This document shows, in pieces, positions 59,665 to 64,000 of a DNA stretch of 64,000 nt. The stretch lies in IMG/VR virus record IMGVR_UViG_3300021961_000040, positions 44,075 through 108,074 of that record; one strand, 5' to 3'. Made by a program: the position numbers and the translations under genes. How positions within the stretch are numbered: the stretch's first letter is position 1; every line of letters begins with the position of its first letter. The notes under the pieces were generated by a model that was not told the DNA's origin, made no database searches, and saw only the letters and a program-made list of their open reading frames with translations. Origin of the DNA: a virus.

Positions 59665-60174
59665 ATGACTTACGAATACAAGGTCTCTCACCGAGCCGAT
59701 GGCTCGGTGGCGTCGGAGCAGTTCTACAAGGAGGGTCTCCGTCACCGGGAGGGTGACCGCCCGGCTGTGGTCATGTACCGAGCCGATGGCTCGGTGGAGT
59801 GGGAGGAGTTCTTCAAGGAGGGTCTCCGTCACCGGGAGGGTGACCGACCGGGACGGGTCAGTTACCGATCCGATGGCTCGGTGGAGTGGGAGGAGTTCTG
59901 GAAGGAGGATGAGCTTCACCGGGAGGGTGACCGACCGGCTATGGTCTGGTATCAAACCGATGGCTCGGTGGAGACGGAGGCGTTCTACAAGGAGGGTCAG
60001 TGTCACCGGGAGGGTGACCGACCGGCGTGGGTCCGTTACCAAGCCGATGGCTCGGTGGCGTGGGAGGAGTTCTGGAAGGAGGATGAGCAGTACACTCCAA
60101 GCAAGGCAAAGCCTTGCGAGGGCAAGACCGTGGAGATTGACGGCGTCAAGTATGTCTTGACGCCTGTGGATTGA
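59665..60174 (+). CDS. 27-aa tandem-repeat protein, copy 2
   Basis: Same length and termini as copy 1; promoter at 59617. Confidence 0.85.
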   Translation: MTYEYKVSHRADGSVASEQFYKEGLRHREGDRPAVVMYRADGSVEWEEFFKEGLRHREGDRPGRVSYRSDGSVEWEEFWKEDELHREGDRPAMVWYQTDGSVETEAFYKEGQCHREGDRPAWVRYQADGSVAWEEFWKEDEQYTPSKAKPCEGKTVEIDGVKYVLTPVD

Positions 60175-60222
60175 GTGCAAACCCTCATTCAATGTGATAA
60201 AATACTCTCATAAGGAGGAACA

Positions 60223-60567
60223 ATGATTAATCCTAAAACTGCTCTTTCTGGTATCGAATATCTTCTTGTCTGTATTCAGGCAAATCCTGGTCGTAGTCAG
60301 CGGTACTATTTGCGCCGACTGTACGAGTACAAGCACAATTCGATCGATCCTCACAGTGGTGCCACAAACTGTGGTTACTTCACCAACCCGAGATATCGCG
60401 GTCGTCTATTCGAAGATGCAGCACCTAAGAACTCTCGCGGCCGCATTTGGCTTGGATGGAAGCCGAAGGCACACACTTCACAGATGCATTTGACTTCTGC
60501 TGGAAATCGACGTGCCAACGAAGCAAGAGTAAAGATTGGTTTGCCTGCCATTCCTTTCATCAAGTGA
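60223..60567 (+). CDS. Hypothetical protein, paralog of 57933-58550
   Basis: See paralog; promoter at 60175 and SD AAGGAGG. Confidence 0.6.
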   Translation: MINPKTALSGIEYLLVCIQANPGRSQRYYLRRLYEYKHNSIDPHSGATNCGYFTNPRYRGRLFEDAAPKNSRGRIWLGWKPKAHTSQMHLTSAGNRRANEARVKIGLPAIPFIK

Positions 60568-62997
60568 GCTGTCTTATGAATCTTGAAGTCACGCGATCTG
60601 AGCTGTCGATTATTATCAACGCTCTTGATGTTTATGCACAGCGTCTATCAGATGAAGTTGTATGGACCGGAGATCCTGAGTCTGAAGAAGATCTCGATGC
60701 TATTCGGATTCTTGATGCCAAGATTAAGGATCTTTTGGTGACTAACGATGATAACCCAGCGTCACATCGATGTTGAGTGCAAACTCACACTCATAATGAT
60801 AAAATAATCCCACAAGGAGGCAGCATGCCAACATCTGACTACATGTACGACGACGAGATCGAGTACGAAGTCAACAACCGTGATTCTGGATACGTTGACG
60901 TCTGGGAAACTGTTCCTGTTGATGAGCAAGATTCCGGAGCCAATGACGAAGGCTACGGATACGAGAACTGCTACGAGTGTGGTCGCATTACAGAGCACGA
61001 TGACTGCGGAAACTGCCTCGAGCACGATTACTACCTCTAAGGAGACGACATGAAGTACACCATCCGAAAGTTTGATGGGGACGACAGCTATAGCTGGGCG
61101 GTCTTCAAGAAGTCTGATCTTCCCAAGGGACATCGAGGAATCGTGTTCTGGGGTGAAGCCCGGCCGATTGTCAGTGGTTGCAGTCGATACCAGGCAAGTA
61201 GCTACAAGAAGTCGTTGGAGAACGAAGAATGAAAGTCTACGGAACCAGTTACTTCCCGACTCGGTCGGACGTCTATCGATACTACAGTGCTCAGCACTAC
61301 AGCGGAGACGCAATTAAGTACGTGCTCGACCAGGGTGGTGTCCATATTGGCAAGCCACCCAAGGTGAGCCCGAGTGACAAGATTCTTCTCAAGTCTGACG
61401 TCGGTGGCTCGCGTCGCTATCACATCGAGGTGATTGCATGAAATGGTTTGAGCAGATCAAGAAAGCAATCGAAGCTTTGGAATGGATTTAGTTTGAGTGC
61501 AAACTCGCGCTTACAGTGATAAGATAACACCATAAAGGAGACCAATCATGGCAATGACTACACGAAAGAAGTCCGCTCACCTGCGAAAGCTCGGCTTTCA
61601 GAAGGCTCGGATGCAGCTTACTCGAGTCGGAACCACCTACATGCGTGGAAGCACGTCTGTTACCATCGTCAAGGGTGACCAGGGAGGTGGTAACTTTATT
61701 GCAGTGACCCCCGGTCAGGGGTCTTTTAACTCTGGTCTGCTTCACATCGGAAACACGGCCGCAGGCATGAAGCAATCGATTCGAGTTTACCGCGATCATG
61801 GCGTTGACCTGCCTGACCCGGATGATGCTGACTTCGGCATGACCGACTGGAATGATCGTCTATTCGTCGGTATCACTGAAGCTCTTCCGTAGGACTGACA
61901 GATTAATGTCTTCAGATGCACAAACCGTCGCCAAGCTTCTCAGTGGGCCTCAGTATAACTGGGTCGGCGAAGAGCGAGACAACTACTGTATTTCTTACAC
62001 AAACAACTCGTCCATCGGCAATCGATACATCAACTGGCATGGGCTCTGGGCTTACAAGTCAATTGAAGAAGAGAAGCCTCCCAAGGGGTCTGTTGTCGAC
62101 ACAGAAAGTGCACACGATCTTATCAGAGAATACGACTGGCGTTGTGTGTTTGCGTTTATCGAGCATGGAATCTTCGTTGGCCCAGCAACGCAAGAAGCCC
62201 TACTTAACTGTATCAAATTGATCGAAAATACCGAGCTTCCTGAAGAAGGGGCTCAAAAGTTTCGAGTGTGGAATGGTATGACTTATGTCTATGTAACTAA
62301 GCACACTCAAAAGACGTGGGAACTTCAAGACAGGGTCCGTCAGCACATGCTTGAAGGGTTTAGGGCAGATCGCGATGAAAAGAAACTACTTTCCAATGAC
62401 TGGGTCTATATGACTCACAGACATAGCGGATGGAGCCGAAGCTGCTGATGGATACACACACATACAAAGATTGCAGAAGAAAAGAGTTTTGTCGAATTGT
62501 GTTTTCTGATTCGTGGAGAAGTTTTTCTCAAGGCGACTATTTTGACACAAATAACTCTGATGACATTAGTGTAATTCCGGGTGTCCCTGACATGTATTAC
62601 GTCCAAAATCTTGGATATGTCCCGAGAGCTGTTGTAAAAGAAGTTCAGATTATTGAAAAGACGATTACGACAACTACGATAGAGACACTTCAAGTTATTG
62701 ATACGATGAGTTTTATTGCTTGAGATTGAGTGCAAACTCACTCAAAATAAGATATAATATTCTCACCAACCCCACCAAGAGGTGAAACATGGAAAGCTTT
62801 TGGACAGAGATTTATGCAGCAATCTACCACGCTACTTGCGATAAATGCGGGAAGTCTGGTAACGGGTGGTTTTACATTCTTGACGGAAGTCATGATAACG
62901 GAACGGTCTGTTCTGATTGTCATTCCTGCTTGACTAAATTGCGCTTGAGTGCAAACTTACAACAAGTATGGTAAAATATCTCCACAAGGAGGAAGAT

Positions 62998-63711
62998 ATG
63001 ACTATCAAACTTTTTGAAGTGGGTGGTTCCATTCGGGACGAGCTCATGGGTCTGGAGTCTGCAGATCGCGACTTCTGTGCAGTGTCGCCCAAGGGTTGGG
63101 AGTCTCTTCTCAGCTGGGCAAACAACAAGATGCTTGTCTTCAAGGTCACACCTGAGTTTTTCACGATTCGTGGTTCGCTCGGCCCAGATATCATTGACAT
63201 CGTCATGTGTCGAAAGGACGGCGCTTCGAGTGACGGTCGCCACCCTGACGAGGTGGAACCCGGAACTTTGCTTGATGACCTCGCTCGTCGAGATTTCACT
63301 TGCAACGCACTGGCCCGTCCGGTCAATCGGAATCTCGAGATCATCGGCGAGATTGTCGACCCTTTTGGCGGAGCTGAAGATATTCAGCATCGTCGCTTGG
63401 TCTCGGTCGGAAATGGTCAGGCTCGATTCGAAGAGGACAATTTGCGTCTGCTTCGTGCCGTTCGATTCTCATTGACTAAGTCCATGACGCCCTCTAACGA
63501 TCTTGCGCACATGATTTCTGATCCTCGCAACTGGCAACAGATGATGTCCACTGTTTCTATCGAGCGTGTTCGAGAGGAAATGAACAAGATGTTTGTTTTT
63601 TCCACGGCAGGCACACTTCGATTCATGAACATGCATTTGCCCCGAATTGCTTTCGATGCGCTGTTCGAAGACACGGGCTTGTGGCTCAAGCCGACGCTGG
63701 CAAGGCGCTGA
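62998..63711 (+). CDS. CCA-adding/poly(A) polymerase-family nucleotidyltransferase (short form)
   Basis: VGGSIRD..MG...DRDF, DLARRDFT.NALA, DPFGG..DI, RF.ED.LR.LRAVRF, S.ER..EE. Confidence 0.9.
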   Translation: MTIKLFEVGGSIRDELMGLESADRDFCAVSPKGWESLLSWANNKMLVFKVTPEFFTIRGSLGPDIIDIVMCRKDGASSDGRHPDEVEPGTLLDDLARRDFTCNALARPVNRNLEIIGEIVDPFGGAEDIQHRRLVSVGNGQARFEEDNLRLLRAVRFSLTKSMTPSNDLAHMISDPRNWQQMMSTVSIERVREEMNKMFVFSTAGTLRFMNMHLPRIAFDALFEDTGLWLKPTLARR

Positions 63712-63759
63712 GTGCAAACTCACTCAAAATAAGATAAAATACTCTCTTAAGGAGGAATA

Positions 63760-64000
63760 ATGACTTACGAATACAAGGTCTCTCACCGAGACGATGGCTC
63801 GGTGGTGTGGGAGCAGTTCTACAAGGAGGGTCTCCGTCACCGGGAGGGTGACCGCCCGGCTGTGGTCATGTATCGAGCCGATGGCTCGGTGGGGGAGGAG
63901 GAGTTCTTCAAGGAGGGCCTCCTTCACCGGGAGGGTGACCGACCGGGACGGGTCCGTTACCGATCCGATGGCTCGGTGGAGTTGGAGGAGTTCTGGAAGG
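63760..64000 (+). CDS. 27-aa tandem-repeat protein, copy 3 (truncated by window end)
   Basis: Starts MTYEYKVSHR like copies 1 and 2; promoter at 63712. Confidence 0.85.
   Translation, partial: MTYEYKVSHRDDGSVVWEQFYKEGLRHREGDRPAVVMYRADGSVGEEEFFKEGLLHREGDRPGRVRYRSDGSVELEEFWK

Larger units (their letters stand above)
57151..62940 (+). other. Region of short early-type hypothetical genes in promoter-delimited units
   Basis: Units start with a GTGCAA-N17-TAARAT promoter and an AGGAG SD. Confidence 0.65.
6067..63740 (+). promoter_or_regulatory. Dispersed promoter family GTGYAW-N17-TA(A/T)(A/G)AT, about 30 copies
   Basis: -35 starts at 6067, 9478, 13390, 15311, 18428, 24370, 30027, 36546, 38031, 38859, 40376, 43362, 45453, 46814, 49166, 50264, 51323, 53570, 54049, 54966, 55836, 57103, 58551, 59617, 60175, 60777, 61497, 62730, 62949, 63712; 17-nt spacer in all listed; 13390 (GTGTAC) and 40376 (TAAAGT) differ by one base. 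Confidence 0.88.

Noticed and set aside
56569-60192. Alternative-frame and antisense repeat ORFs (56569, 56627, 56654, 59410, 59699)
   Set aside because: By-products of GC-rich 81-nt repeats lacking stops; only the MTYEYK frame has an SD and promoter context
6067-63740. GAGTGCAAA as a CIRCE/HrcA operator
   Set aside because: It resembles only the right half-site; no TTAGCACTC arm 9 nt upstream; the fixed 17-nt distance to a -10 box fits a promoter
56593-64000. CRISPR array or a demonstrated diversity-generating retroelement
   Set aside because: Repeats are in-frame coding units without unique spacers; no cas or reverse transcriptase gene in the window; variation is not strictly adenine-specific (TAC/TTC/TGG)

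Overview
This 64 kb window is part of a large lytic dsDNA (jumbo/T4-superfamily-like) bacteriophage genome. It uses the standard genetic code, is almost entirely on the + strand, and has no structural-gene cluster. It carries DNA metabolism genes (DinG-like helicase, ATP-dependent ligase, type II topoisomerase, PolX, RadA/Sms, ThyX, PurA, DEDD exonucleases). It also carries a large translation/RNA toolkit: tmRNA, bS21, TilS, a SpoU methylase, an Rnl1-type RNA ligase, a CCA-adding-family enzyme, a TROVE/vWA protein and 14 tRNA genes. Many short early genes become more GC-rich toward the right end. Two PilZ domains and a MYXO-CTERM-like tail suggest a Myxococcota/deltaproteobacterial host (inference). 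The most notable observations are: (1) three covarying WACAGCAA structured RNAs, two co-transcribed directly upstream of the Ro60-like TROVE/vWA gene inside the tRNA cluster, plus a tRNA-mimic RNA, suggesting an undescribed RNP/RNA-repair system; (2) a topoisomerase II B gene fractured at its EGD|SA Toprim motif by a split intein, with a duplicated block-B segment and a free-standing endonuclease between the halves; (3) a group I intron in tRNA-Arg(UCU); (4) three paralogous genes built from 81-nt palindrome-containing repeats with site-specific amino-acid variation; (5) a shared N-terminal leader on unrelated enzymes, resembling capsid-targeting sequences; (6) about 30 promoters with a non-canonical -35 (GTGYAA-N17-TAARAT), a second ATAnTTA motif often placed inside RBS-masking hairpins, and a recurring GGAGAACGAAGAATGA gene-junction motif. 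All calls come from manual motif reading; no database searches were run.
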